Shown here: one piece after another, positions 11,270-20,959 of the stretch
Numbering within the stretch: the stretch's first letter is position 1
How the letters are laid out: each line of letters starts with the position of its first letter
Notes under the pieces: model-generated
The model's input: only the letters and a program-made list of their open reading frames with translations
The model's database searches: none
What the model was told of the DNA's origin: nothing
Assembly (NCBI GenBank): GCA_965203905.1
Contig: CBDBDQ010000005.1
Span: forward strand, 5,600,001-5,664,000
Direction: 5' to 3'
DNA: 64,000 nt
Source of the DNA: Spirochaetia bacterium
GTDB taxonomy: Bacteria; Spirochaetota; Spirochaetia; SZUA-6; Bin103
Program-made: the position numbers and the translations under genes

Positions 11270-12055
11270 ATGCCGTCCATCTCAGACTATCTTGATGACC
11301 TGCAGGCCGCCGGACGATTCGTGTTTACTACCGAGCAAGCTGTCAAGGCGCTCGGGGTGTCCGTGACCGCCGCGAGGGCCGCGCTACGCAGGCTGAAGCG
11401 CAGGACCTCTGTCGCCGACCCGTTTCGCGGCTTCCACGTTATCGTGCCTCCAGCCTATCGGCGGCTGGGCTGCCTGCCCGCGGACCAATTCATCCCTGAC
11501 CTGATGTCCCACCTCGGTGAGCCCTACTACGTCGGGCTGCTCAGCGCGGCGAAGTACCACGGGGCTGGGCACCAGGCACCGCTCGTATTTCAGGTTGTCG
11601 TACCCAAGTCACGACGGGCGCTGCAATGCGGAGGTGTCCGAGTGGAGTTCGTGGCCCGGCGAAACATGCACGAAACTCCCGTCATCGAGCGGAACACACA
11701 GACGGGGACGATCCGCATCGCCGCGACCCAGGCCACCGCCTTCGAGGTTGTCGGTTATGCCGAGCGCTGCGGCTCCCTTGACAACGTCGCGACCGTGCTG
11801 GCCGAGCTCTCCGAGTCGCTGTGCGGCGAATTGCTTGCGGAAGAGGCCCGCCGGGCCCCATTGGCCTGGGTCCAGCGCCTTGGCTATCTGCTTGAACGCG
11901 TTGACCAAGCGGATCTGGCAGACTACCTCGACCCCGTGCTGACGGCGCGAACCGCATTTCCGGTCGCGTTAGCGCCATGGAAGAAAATGAATGGGTCCCA
12001 ACGCGATCGCCGCTGGAATGTCGCCGAAAACATCGAAGTAGTTCCCGACCTGTGA
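11270..12055 (+). CDS. abiEi: Type IV TA antitoxin, AbiEi family
   Basis: N-terminal HTH, YYVGLLSAAKYHGAGHQAP, QRLGYLLE, DRRWNV. Confidence 0.88.
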   Translation: MPSISDYLDDLQAAGRFVFTTEQAVKALGVSVTAARAALRRLKRRTSVADPFRGFHVIVPPAYRRLGCLPADQFIPDLMSHLGEPYYVGLLSAAKYHGAGHQAPLVFQVVVPKSRRALQCGGVRVEFVARRNMHETPVIERNTQTGTIRIAATQATAFEVVGYAERCGSLDNVATVLAELSESLCGELLAEEARRAPLAWVQRLGYLLERVDQADLADYLDPVLTARTAFPVALAPWKKMNGSQRDRRWNVAENIEVVPDL

Positions 12056-12897
12056 TCCCTCGCGCGTATATCACCGAGTGGCGGGCGGTTGCCCCGTGGA
12101 GTCAGGACGCATGGGTCGAGCAGGATCTCGTCATCAGCCGAGCCCTCGTAGCGCTGTTCAGTGTAGCCGCGCTGGCCGAACGCTTGGCTTTCCGGGGTGG
12201 CACAGCACTCTACAAGCTCCATCTCCGTCCACCCGCCCGCTACTCCGAAGACATCGACTTGGTGCAGGTGCGCGCGGAACCCATCGGCGGGACGCTCGAT
12301 CTCGTCCGTGGCGCGCTTGATCCGTGGCTCGGCACCTCGCAGCACAGGCTCAGCGAGAGCAGCGCCACCTTGGTGTACCGGTTCGATTCGGAAGATGACC
12401 CGCCGCTGAGGATGCGCCTGAAGATCGAAATCAACACCCGCGAGCACTTCACCGAGTTGGGCCTGACGCGCGTCCCGTTTCGGGTGGAGAGTCGCTGGTT
12501 CAGCGGCGACGCCGGAGTGACCACCTTCAAGATCGACGAACTGATGGGGACAAAGCTGCGAGCTCTCTATCAACGCAGCAAGGGGCGCGACCTCTTCGAC
12601 CTGTGGTTTGCCCTCGTACACGGCACGGTAGACACGGGGGCGCTGTTCCGCAGCTTCCGGCGCTACATGGCCGAGGGCGGCCACACGGTTACCCGCGCGC
12701 AGTTTGAGCGGAACCTCCACGAGAAGGCCCGAAGCCGCGGATTTCGACGGGACATCCAACCACTGCTGAGACCGGATTCCAACCAGGACTTCGATATCGA
12801 TGAAGCGCTGGACGTTGTGCGGGAGCGGCTCATAAGGATGCTGCCGGGCGAACCGTGGCAGGGAGTGCGAGTGCGCCCCGGCAGCCCCACTATCTGA
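12052..12897 (+). CDS. abiEii: Type IV TA toxin, AbiEii nucleotidyltransferase
   Basis: VEQDLVISRAL, FRGGTALYK, RYSEDIDL, KLRALYQRSKGRDLFD; GTGA overlap with abiEi. Confidence 0.92.
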   Translation: MIPRAYITEWRAVAPWSQDAWVEQDLVISRALVALFSVAALAERLAFRGGTALYKLHLRPPARYSEDIDLVQVRAEPIGGTLDLVRGALDPWLGTSQHRLSESSATLVYRFDSEDDPPLRMRLKIEINTREHFTELGLTRVPFRVESRWFSGDAGVTTFKIDELMGTKLRALYQRSKGRDLFDLWFALVHGTVDTGALFRSFRRYMAEGGHTVTRAQFERNLHEKARSRGFRRDIQPLLRPDSNQDFDIDEALDVVRERLIRMLPGEPWQGVRVRPGSPTI

Positions 12898-13083
12898 CGC
12901 GGGGCAGGCGCAGAGGCTGCTAGTGGGTCAAAGGCTGGAACCTCATGATCCCGGCCGAAATCCTCGAATGGAAGGCCCTCCACGTGCGGTGCCACAAGGG
13001 ACTATCCTGAATGGTCCTGGTATACTCTGGTGTCCGTAACTCAGCCGCGGCGCGTGTGCGGCGGCGTTCCCCAGGAGTACTTC

Positions 13084-13575
13084 ATGTTGCAGCATCTGCT
13101 GAACGTCTACGCGATGAACTTGAAACGCTTGGGCATGCACGTCCAGGACCTGTCCGCCGAGCAGATGGCGGAGCAGCCGTCCGGAGTGATCAATCACCCG
13201 GCATGGACCCTGGGCCATCTGGCGGCGACTGCCGACAACCTGGCCAGGACGCTGGGTCAGGAATCGACCTTTCCCGAGGAGTGGCGCGCGGCCTGCAGCA
13301 CCGGCGGGACGCCCAGCGGCAACGCCGCCGACTTCCCCTCCAGGGAACAGCTCCTGGAGCAGCTCGGCGCCCAGCACGAGCGGGTGGCCGCGGCCTTTGC
13401 CGCCGCCGGCGCGGAGCTGCTGGATCAGCCCCACCCCAACCCCCGCGGGCGCAAGGTATTCGGCACCGTCGGCGGCTACGCCGTGGCCCTGATGACCACC
13501 CACGAGGCCAACCACCTCGGGCAGCTCGCGGCTTGGCGCCGGGCCATGGGGCTCGGCTCGGCGACCGGTATCTGA
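13084..13575 (+). CDS. DinB-family protein
   Basis: NHPAWTLGHL ... HEANHLGQL histidine triad. Confidence 0.85.
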   Translation: MLQHLLNVYAMNLKRLGMHVQDLSAEQMAEQPSGVINHPAWTLGHLAATADNLARTLGQESTFPEEWRAACSTGGTPSGNAADFPSREQLLEQLGAQHERVAAAFAAAGAELLDQPHPNPRGRKVFGTVGGYAVALMTTHEANHLGQLAAWRRAMGLGSATGI

Positions 13576-13654
13576 GCCCTGCGCCGCGGCGCCCCGGACC
13601 GGTGATCGCGAAGCTGCCGCCGGTGGCAAGGCCGGGCGCGAGGCTGCTGCAGCG

Positions 13655-15073
13655 ATGGTAGATATCCGTAACCCGGCCTTCAGCGCCATGTTCCGCGAGT
13701 ACGACCTGCGCGGGCGCGTCGCCGAGGGCGAGCTCACCGACGACTCGGTGCGGCTGATCGCCAACGCGTTCGGACGCCTGCTGCAGGCGCGCGGCATCGA
13801 CCGCGTAGTGGTCGGTTACGACAACCGGCCGGCCTCGCCCGGCTTCAAGGATGCGGCCATCGGCGGCCTGCTGTCCGCGGGCCTGGAGGCGGTGGACATC
13901 GGCCTCACCATCAGCCCGGCGCTCTACTTCAGCCAGTACCACCTGGAGACGCCGGCCGGCCTCATGATCACGGCCAGCCACAACCCCAGCGAGTGGTGCG
14001 GCATGAAGCTGGCGCACGGCTACTCGCGGACCCTGGGCCCGGCCGAGATGCGCGAGTTGTACGCGCTGGTGGAAGCGGGCGAGAGCGGCACCGGCACCGG
14101 CCGGTGCCGTACCGCGGACACCCGCGACGCCTACCTGGAGCGGGTCACCGCCGGCACCCGGCTGGAGCATCCGTTGCGGGTGGCGGTGGACTGCGGCAAC
14201 GGCGGCGCCGGCGTGTTCGCCTACGAGGCCCTGCAGCGCATCGGCTGCCTCACCTTCCAGCTCTACTGCGACCCCGACGACAGCTATCCGCACTACTTCC
14301 CCAACCCGTCCGACCTGAAGGCGCGGCGGCGGCTGCGGCAGATCGTGACCCACCCCTACATCCGCGCCGACCTGGGCCTGGCCCTGGACGGCGACGGCGA
14401 CCGCATCGGGGTGATGGACGAGCGCGGCGACGACGTGTGGAGCGACCGGGTGCTGATCCTGCTGGCGCGGCAGGTGCTGCAGCGCAACGCCGGCGCCACC
14501 GTCGTCTACGACGTCAAGTGCACGCGTGGCCTGGAGGAGGAGGTGGCCGCCCGCGGCGGCAACCCGGTGATGTGGAAGACCGGCCACTCCCACATCAAGG
14601 CCAAGCTGCACGAAACCGGCGCCGCGCTGGCCGGCGAGCGCAGCGGCCACATCTTCTACCAGGAGGGCTACTACGGCTTCGACGACGCCCTCTTCGCCGG
14701 CATCCGCCTGCTGGAGGTGCTGGCCGCGCACGACGGCAGCCTCTCGGAGCTGGTCGCCACCACCCCACCCTACCTCACCTCGCCCGAGATCGCCGCGCAC
14801 TGCGCCGACGACCGCAAGTACCAGGTAGTGGACGCACTGGTGGCCGAGTTCAAGCGCGAATATGGAGAGCGGGTGAACGACATCAACGGCGCCCGCGTCG
14901 ATTTCGGCGACGGCTGGGGGCTGGTGCGCGCCTCCTCCAACCTGCCGGAGCTGGTGATCATCTTCGAGGCCAGGACCGAGCAGCGGCTGCGCGAGATCCG
15001 CGCCCTGTTCCGGGACAAGCTGGACGCCCACCCGGAGATCGACCCGGCGTGGCGCAACGACATCTACCACTGA
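13655..15073 (+). CDS. Phosphomannomutase/phosphoglucomutase
   Basis: FREYDLRG, TASHNP, DGDGDR, GERSGH, RASSN. Confidence 0.95.
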   Translation: MVDIRNPAFSAMFREYDLRGRVAEGELTDDSVRLIANAFGRLLQARGIDRVVVGYDNRPASPGFKDAAIGGLLSAGLEAVDIGLTISPALYFSQYHLETPAGLMITASHNPSEWCGMKLAHGYSRTLGPAEMRELYALVEAGESGTGTGRCRTADTRDAYLERVTAGTRLEHPLRVAVDCGNGGAGVFAYEALQRIGCLTFQLYCDPDDSYPHYFPNPSDLKARRRLRQIVTHPYIRADLGLALDGDGDRIGVMDERGDDVWSDRVLILLARQVLQRNAGATVVYDVKCTRGLEEEVAARGGNPVMWKTGHSHIKAKLHETGAALAGERSGHIFYQEGYYGFDDALFAGIRLLEVLAAHDGSLSELVATTPPYLTSPEIAAHCADDRKYQVVDALVAEFKREYGERVNDINGARVDFGDGWGLVRASSNLPELVIIFEARTEQRLREIRALFRDKLDAHPEIDPAWRNDIYH

Positions 15074-15089
15074 AGCAACCGCGAGCGAC

Positions 15090-16508
15090 ATGGGAGAGCG
15101 CATGACCAAGACACCGCCGGCGCGGGCCCGCATCGGCCTGCTGCCCACCGGGCACAGCTACTACTGGGAGCAGTTTCCGCGGCTCAAGGAGATGGGCCTG
15201 CGCATGTACCGCAAGCTGCGGGAATTGCTGGAGCCCCACGGCGAGCTGATCGCGCCGGAGCTGGTCGACACCGAGGCCAAGGGGCGCGCCGCCGCGGAGC
15301 TGTTCCGCAATGCCGGGATCGACATCCTGGTGATCTTTCCGTTCGGCTACACCACCAGCATGAACATGCTGCCCGCGGTGCAGGGAGTGGAGGTGCCGAT
15401 CCGCATCCTGAACGCGCACGAGGACCGCTCCTACGACTACGCCACCGCGGACACCACCGTCTACCTGCACCACGAGGGGGTGTGCTGCATCCCGGAGTTC
15501 GCCGGCTCGCTGACCAACATCGGCAAGCGCTTCCGGGTGCGCACCGGCCCGTTCGACGATCCCGGCCTGCAGCGGCAGCTGGCGGCCGACTTCCGCGGGG
15601 TCGCCGCCGCGCGCGCGTTCCGGGAGCTGAACGTGGGCCTGATCGGCCAGGTCTATACCGGCATGTCGGACATGCCGATCGACGAGCACCGTCTGCTACG
15701 CGCCACCGGCAGCCTGCTGGCGCGCCCCGAGGTGGAGGAGATCCAGGAGGCATACGCGCGCGTCACGGAGGCGGAGCTGGAGGAGATGTACCGCCAGTTC
15801 CGCGAGATGTACGAGGTCGATGCCACGGTGACCAACGAGCACATGCGCTTCTCGGCCCAGGTGGCGGTGGCGTTCGAGCGAGTGATCACCCGCCACGACA
15901 TCGGCCCCTTCGGCTACTACTGGTGGGGCGAGCAGGAACTGGTGACGCAACTGCGGGCGCAGTCGGGGCTGGCGGTGTCACGCCTGGCGGCGCTGGGCCG
16001 ACCGGGGGTGACCGAGGGCGACGTCAAGACCGCCATGGCGATGAAGATCCTCGACCTGCTCGGCGGCGGCGGCATGTTCGTGGAGTTCTTCGCCATGGAC
16101 TTCGACGACAACTTCCTGCTCATGGGCCATGACGGGCCGGCCAACATCAGCGTGGCCGAGGGGCGGCCGCGCCTCACCCACCTGGAGGTGCACCACGGCA
16201 AATCGGGGCATGGGCTCGGCATCGACTTCGACATGCAGCAGGGCCCGGCCACCCTGGTCAACCTGACCCAGGTCGACGCCGGCGAGTCGTTCAAGCTGAT
16301 CTACACGGTGGGAGAGATCATCCCCGGCCCGATCCTCAACATCGGCAATCCCAATGCCCGCGTGCGGGTAGACAAGCCGCTGCCGGAGTTCATCGACACC
16401 TGGTGCCAGCAGGGCCCCTCGCACCATATCGCCCTGGGCGTGGGCGACCACGGCGACGCCCTGGAGACCTTCGCCGAGGCGATGCGCTTCCCGATCCTGC
16501 GCATCTGA
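15090..16508 (+). CDS. L-fucose/L-arabinose isomerase family protein
   Basis: EGDVKTA, GGMFVEF, MGHDGP, GPSHHIALGVG. Confidence 0.85.
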   Translation: MGERMTKTPPARARIGLLPTGHSYYWEQFPRLKEMGLRMYRKLRELLEPHGELIAPELVDTEAKGRAAAELFRNAGIDILVIFPFGYTTSMNMLPAVQGVEVPIRILNAHEDRSYDYATADTTVYLHHEGVCCIPEFAGSLTNIGKRFRVRTGPFDDPGLQRQLAADFRGVAAARAFRELNVGLIGQVYTGMSDMPIDEHRLLRATGSLLARPEVEEIQEAYARVTEAELEEMYRQFREMYEVDATVTNEHMRFSAQVAVAFERVITRHDIGPFGYYWWGEQELVTQLRAQSGLAVSRLAALGRPGVTEGDVKTAMAMKILDLLGGGGMFVEFFAMDFDDNFLLMGHDGPANISVAEGRPRLTHLEVHHGKSGHGLGIDFDMQQGPATLVNLTQVDAGESFKLIYTVGEIIPGPILNIGNPNARVRVDKPLPEFIDTWCQQGPSHHIALGVGDHGDALETFAEAMRFPILRI

Positions 16509-16528
16509 ACGCGGGATGTCGCGGGCGG

Positions 16529-17170
16529 CTATGGAGTCGCCGGGAGCGTTGCGGAGAAGGTTTCGCGTACGTCGACGGAGAAGCCGGGCAGCAGCGGCGA
16601 GTCGGCCTGCTGTCCGGGGCGGAACACGCCGTGTTCGCGGTACCCGCCGTCACCGAGGACGAGCACGGTGATGGTCTCGTCGATGGGATTCACGATCCAG
16701 TATTCGGGGACGCGCGCCTCGGCGTAGTCGGCGCGCTTGTCGACCAGGTCACGGCCGGGATCGTCGGGACTGACCACCTCCAGCACCAGGTCGGCGCCGA
16801 GCCAGTATTCGTCGCGGCAGCGCGGGTCACCGGCTTGGCGCACCAGCAGCAGGTCCGGCTCGCGGAACTTGCCCTCACGGACTCGCAGGCGCAACGGCGC
16901 GAAGACCGCGTCGCCACCTAGACCCCGCACGAACGGGAACAGGGCGAGGAACAGGAATCGCAGGATCACCTGATGTCGGTACGTAGGCATGGGCAGAATC
17001 TCGATGCATCCGTCAGTGAACTCGATCAGCCGGTTACACTGATCCGTCAGCTTCAAGTATTGGGCCTCGGTCCAGGAACCCTGCAGGGCGGACAGGTCGG
17101 CTACCGATGAGGCATCGGCGGTAACGAGGCGCAGTCCATCGGTGGGTTGTCGGGCGACCGTCACGTTCAT
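16529..17170 (-). CDS. Uma2 family (restriction-like) endonuclease
   Basis: IEFTDG, PDLL, DLVLEVVSP, KRADYAEARVPEYWIVNP. Confidence 0.9.
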   Translation of the reverse strand: MNVTVARQPTDGLRLVTADASSVADLSALQGSWTEAQYLKLTDQCNRLIEFTDGCIEILPMPTYRHQVILRFLFLALFPFVRGLGGDAVFAPLRLRVREGKFREPDLLLVRQAGDPRCRDEYWLGADLVLEVVSPDDPGRDLVDKRADYAEARVPEYWIVNPIDETITVLVLGDGGYREHGVFRPGQQADSPLLPGFSVDVRETFSATLPATP

Positions 17171-17290
17171 GGGCCTGCCACCAGTTTCGGCTCGCCGATG
17201 TTCTCTGTCAACAGTAGCAGGAACTGCTGGAGCCGCCGTGGGTTTGCCCGCTGCCGAGGCGGTGCTATCATCCGCGGTGGGCACGACGGT

Positions 17291-17899
17291 ATGGCAGACG
17301 ACGACACACCCGGAACGCTGCGCAGCATCGTCATCTTCCTGGACATCGATGGCGTCCTGCAGCCTCCATCGAAACAGACCCGATTCAAGCATGACCTGGA
17401 GGAGCTGCGCCGCTCTCTGGCGGACAGGTTTGACGATGCGACCTATCTGAGCATGGACAAGTACGACCTTGGGGCGGTCTACCATGACTGGGACGGCGAA
17501 GCGGTCGAACGGCTGCGCACGCTGTGCGCGGAGTTCCGCCCGAGCATCGTGATCAGCTCGGATTGGCGCAGAAGCAACCCCATCCGCTGGCTCCGGGCGC
17601 TGTTTCGCCTGCACGACCTGCATCACTACGTAACCGACGCGACGAAGGAGCTCGACGGACCGCCGCACTACCGGGCAGGAGAGGTCAAGGAGTACCTGGA
17701 GTCGCATCCGGAGATCGAGCGGTTCGTGATCATCGACGATGGCTACGGACACGAGTTCGGCGAGCTGTTTCCCGAGCAATTCGTGCACACCGGATACCGC
17801 TTCGAGGCCCACGACGAGCAGCGTGCGCGGCAGATTCTGTCCGGGCTGCCGGCGCAGCCGAACCGACCCTGGCCTCCCCCGCCTGCAGGGTGGCGCTGA
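17291..17899 (+). CDS. HAD-domain protein (Swiss Army Knife RNA-repair-like HAD)
   Basis: IFLDIDGVL, IVISSDWR, RAGEVKEYL, FVIIDD. Confidence 0.8.
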   Translation: MADDDTPGTLRSIVIFLDIDGVLQPPSKQTRFKHDLEELRRSLADRFDDATYLSMDKYDLGAVYHDWDGEAVERLRTLCAEFRPSIVISSDWRRSNPIRWLRALFRLHDLHHYVTDATKELDGPPHYRAGEVKEYLESHPEIERFVIIDDGYGHEFGELFPEQFVHTGYRFEAHDEQRARQILSGLPAQPNRPWPPPPAGWR

Positions 17900-17991
17900 G
17901 AGTGACGGTAGCGCCCGGCACTACGCTGGGCACTGCGACGGTCCGGCGCCGGCGCACCCGGCCAGGGCGGCCGGGTGCGTGGCACATGTAA

Positions 17992-19689
17992 CTACGGCAT
18001 GCTGGCGCCGAGCTGTTCGGCCGCGACCTGCATCAGCTCCTCGCCTCCGGCCTGCTTCCACTCCTCGATGTAGGCGTCCCACTCCGAGATGTCGCGCTCG
18101 CCGAGGATGAACTCCAGCTCGCGCTGCAACTGCAGGTCCTTGATGCGGGTCGCAGTGCTCGCGTCGAGGTCGATCAGCAATTCGAAGTCGCGCACCCGCG
18201 GCATCGGGATCACCATCTGGTCCAGCAATCCGCCCGCCCAGTCGCGCGCCTTGGTATCCCGAAGCGGGTCGTCGTCGGCGTACGGCGGGGCTTCATACGT
18301 CTTCCAGCGCAACGAGATGCTCAGCACGTTCCAGTTGCCGAGCGGCAGATACTCGGGATCGTGAATCCCGGGGTGATCGTCGGCGAAGGCGAGCGAGTGC
18401 AGGCCGGTCTCCGGGTAGAAGTGGCGCTCGCCCGAGCCCGGGAAGATCGCCTCGCCGCCGCCCTCGATCACCTCGATGTTGCCCTGGTTGGGATAGGTGA
18501 TGAAGTCATGGAAGTGCATGATGCGCTTCATGAGTCCCTCGTCCTTCTCCAGTGACTTCGGAGAAATCAACAGCCGCCCGGGGCGGCCACCCGGCCCGTA
18601 CGCGCCGCCGCGCCCGTCGTCGGACATCGGCGGATCGATCGGCTGCCAGACATCCGAGACCGCCAGGTTGCCGTCGTGCGCGGTGGTGTTCTCGAAGATC
18701 AGGTTCCAGCCCGGGTAGTACACCATGCCGATCTGGTCGTTCATCGAGTAGGCGGTGAAGTTCTCCCACGAGATGGTGAACCAGTCGGGATGCAGCACAC
18801 CGGCGTCCCGCAGACGCTTGAGCCACAGCACGAAGCTCTTGCTGGTGCCGTCCAGGTTGGGGTGGTTGATCACGCCGTCCTTGACGTTCCAGCCGGGATG
18901 GCCGTACATGGTGCGGAACGGCTCCAGCATGGTGAAGCCGTTGCCATCCCCTGCGCCGCCCATGAACCAGGTGTCGGCGCTGCCGGTGCCGTTGGGATCC
19001 TCACGCACCACGCGCTGGGCGAATTCGAACAGCTCCGACTCGGTGCGTGGCGCATCCATCCCGAACTGCCCCAGCCAGTCCTTGCGGATCTGCAGTCCCC
19101 AGTTGTCCGCGAACACCGGGTAGCGCGGCAGCCCGTACATCACCCCGTCGTCGCTGCTGGTGGCCCAGGCCTTGTAGTCCTTGGTGAGGAACTGCTGCCA
19201 GGTCGGCAGGTATTGCAGGTAGGGCTCCACGTTGAGCAGCAACCCGTCTTCGTGCAGCTTCTTGGCAACGTTCTTCTGGCCGAAGCTGAGCGTGGTGATG
19301 GCGGGCGGATCGCCGGCGATGAAGCGCGTCGTCAACTGGTTTACCAGATCATCGCCGGGCAGAAAGTTGATCTCGATGTTGGCGTTGAGCTGCTCGTTCA
19401 GATACTCGTTGATGGGATCGTCCGGTACCGGGGTGAACCAGTAGCCGCTGGACAGAATCTCGAAGTCGTAGCTCTTGCTCATATCGTCGTAATCCCAGGC
19501 CGACGGGTCCGGGCGCACCGGTATCAGCGGCAGGGTGTCGGGCAAGTCCAGCTCCGGCATTGCCTCGCCGCCGCCGCCGGCGGTGCCGCCGCCCTCTTCC
19601 TGGCCGGGGCTGGCACCGAGATGTACGGCCGCCAGCAGCAGGGCCACCGCCACGGGCAGCCCGATCAGGTTTCGAATCGTCACTTTCAC
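17992..19689 (-). CDS. Carbohydrate ABC extracellular solute-binding protein (LplA-like)
   Basis: Signal peptide, IRKDWL, DPNGTG, FILGERDISEWDAYIEEWKQAGGEE. Confidence 0.9.
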   Translation of the reverse strand: MKVTIRNLIGLPVAVALLLAAVHLGASPGQEEGGGTAGGGGEAMPELDLPDTLPLIPVRPDPSAWDYDDMSKSYDFEILSSGYWFTPVPDDPINEYLNEQLNANIEINFLPGDDLVNQLTTRFIAGDPPAITTLSFGQKNVAKKLHEDGLLLNVEPYLQYLPTWQQFLTKDYKAWATSSDDGVMYGLPRYPVFADNWGLQIRKDWLGQFGMDAPRTESELFEFAQRVVREDPNGTGSADTWFMGGAGDGNGFTMLEPFRTMYGHPGWNVKDGVINHPNLDGTSKSFVLWLKRLRDAGVLHPDWFTISWENFTAYSMNDQIGMVYYPGWNLIFENTTAHDGNLAVSDVWQPIDPPMSDDGRGGAYGPGGRPGRLLISPKSLEKDEGLMKRIMHFHDFITYPNQGNIEVIEGGGEAIFPGSGERHFYPETGLHSLAFADDHPGIHDPEYLPLGNWNVLSISLRWKTYEAPPYADDDPLRDTKARDWAGGLLDQMVIPMPRVRDFELLIDLDASTATRIKDLQLQRELEFILGERDISEWDAYIEEWKQAGGEELMQVAAEQLGASMP

Positions 19690-19809
19690 TTGAAATCCCT
19701 CCTCTGGGGTTTCTTCTGCCGGCCGAGCGCTCGCTCGTGCCGTGCAGGTCCTTGTTGCATGCCGGCGCGCACTCCTTGCGGCGCCGCCACTGACGACATG
19801 GTGCCGTCA

Positions 19810-19855
19810 CTATCCCTTGATCGCTCCCAGGTATACCCCCTTGATGAAATGCTTC
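19810..19855 (-). pseudogene. Detached 3' end of the carbohydrate permease, separated by the IS
   Basis: Reverse complement reads KHFIKGVYLGAIKG*, the canonical C-terminus of LplC-type permeases. Confidence 0.9.
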
Positions 19856-20059
19856 GGGTGCGGCTCTTTTAGGACGACCTCTATCTTCAGTTTGATGCGT
19901 TAATTGGGGGTTCTGTCGGACGCCCGGCGCTGGTTCAGCGGCATACGCTTGGGGAACGGGGCCATAGGCTGCCACGTATCGTGCTGGCGGGCATAGCAAG
20001 GGCTGGACAAAACCCACCACGACTCGGTACGGTGCCTCCGTTGTCAGCGGAGGGTGCCG

Positions 20060-20959
20060 ATGAATGCCAACAGCGAGGGCGTGCGCAGCGCCGGCAGAAC
20101 GTTCAGTGAGGCTGAACTGCGGATCGTCTGCCAGATCGTTGCCGCCGGTGGCCGCCTCAGTCGTACGCAGTTGATGGTGCAGGTGTGTCGGCGGCTGCGC
20201 TGGCAGCGCCCGAACGGTGCGCTGAAGGTCCGCGAATGTCGTGATCTGTTTGCAATGCTGCAGCGCAGCGGTCGCCTGCGCCTGCCGCCGAAGCGCAGCA
20301 CCGGGCGCCCGCTGGGCTCGCACACCGAGGTGCCGTGCACGCCGGCTGGCGAGCCGGGACGGCCAGTATGCGGCACCGTCGGGCAGTTCGGCAGCGTACA
20401 CCTGGAGCCGGTCACGACCGCCGGCGAGCAGCGCTGGTGGCGGGAGCTGGTGGGCCGCTATCACTACCTGGGCTACCGGGTGCCGTTCGGTGCCCAACTG
20501 CGCTACCTGGCGTTCGTCAGCGAGCCCACCACGACGCTGGTGGCGGCGTTGCAACTGTCCTCGCCGGCGTGGCGGCTGGCGGCGCGCGAGCGCTGGATCG
20601 GCTGGGACGAACCGACTCGGACACGCAATCTGCAACGGGTGGTCAACAACAGTCGCTTCCTGGTGCTGCCGTGGGTCCGGGTGAAGAACTTGGCCAGCCG
20701 CCTGCTGGCGCTGCTGGCCGGGCGGCTGGCTGCCGATTGGCAGCAGCGGTTCGCGGTCGAGCCGCTGCTGCTGGAGACGCTGGTGGATAGCGGTCGCTTT
20801 GCCGGCACCTGCTACCGGGCTGCCAACTGGATCGAGTTGGGCGCCACGGCAGGTCGGGGACGCATGGACCGCGCCCATACCCGTCATGGGCAAGCGCCGA
20901 AGCGGGTTCTGGTGTATCCTCTGGTGGCCGACGCGCAACGCCGGCTGGCGCAGGGCTGA
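20060..20959 (+). CDS. DUF4338 (DruA-like) protein with Mom-like GNAT motifs
   Basis: LSRTQL..VCRRLRW..PNG, YHYLGY, RERWIGW, VVNNSRFLVLPWV, NLASRLL, LLETLVD..FAGTCYRAANWIELG.T.GRGR. Confidence 0.88.
   Translation: MNANSEGVRSAGRTFSEAELRIVCQIVAAGGRLSRTQLMVQVCRRLRWQRPNGALKVRECRDLFAMLQRSGRLRLPPKRSTGRPLGSHTEVPCTPAGEPGRPVCGTVGQFGSVHLEPVTTAGEQRWWRELVGRYHYLGYRVPFGAQLRYLAFVSEPTTTLVAALQLSSPAWRLAARERWIGWDEPTRTRNLQRVVNNSRFLVLPWVRVKNLASRLLALLAGRLAADWQQRFAVEPLLLETLVDSGRFAGTCYRAANWIELGATAGRGRMDRAHTRHGQAPKRVLVYPLVADAQRRLAQG

Noticed and set aside
20060-20959. Druantia anti-phage system
   Set aside because: Only the DUF4338 domain is present; there is no DruE helicase or other Dru gene, and the ORF lies inside IS ends.
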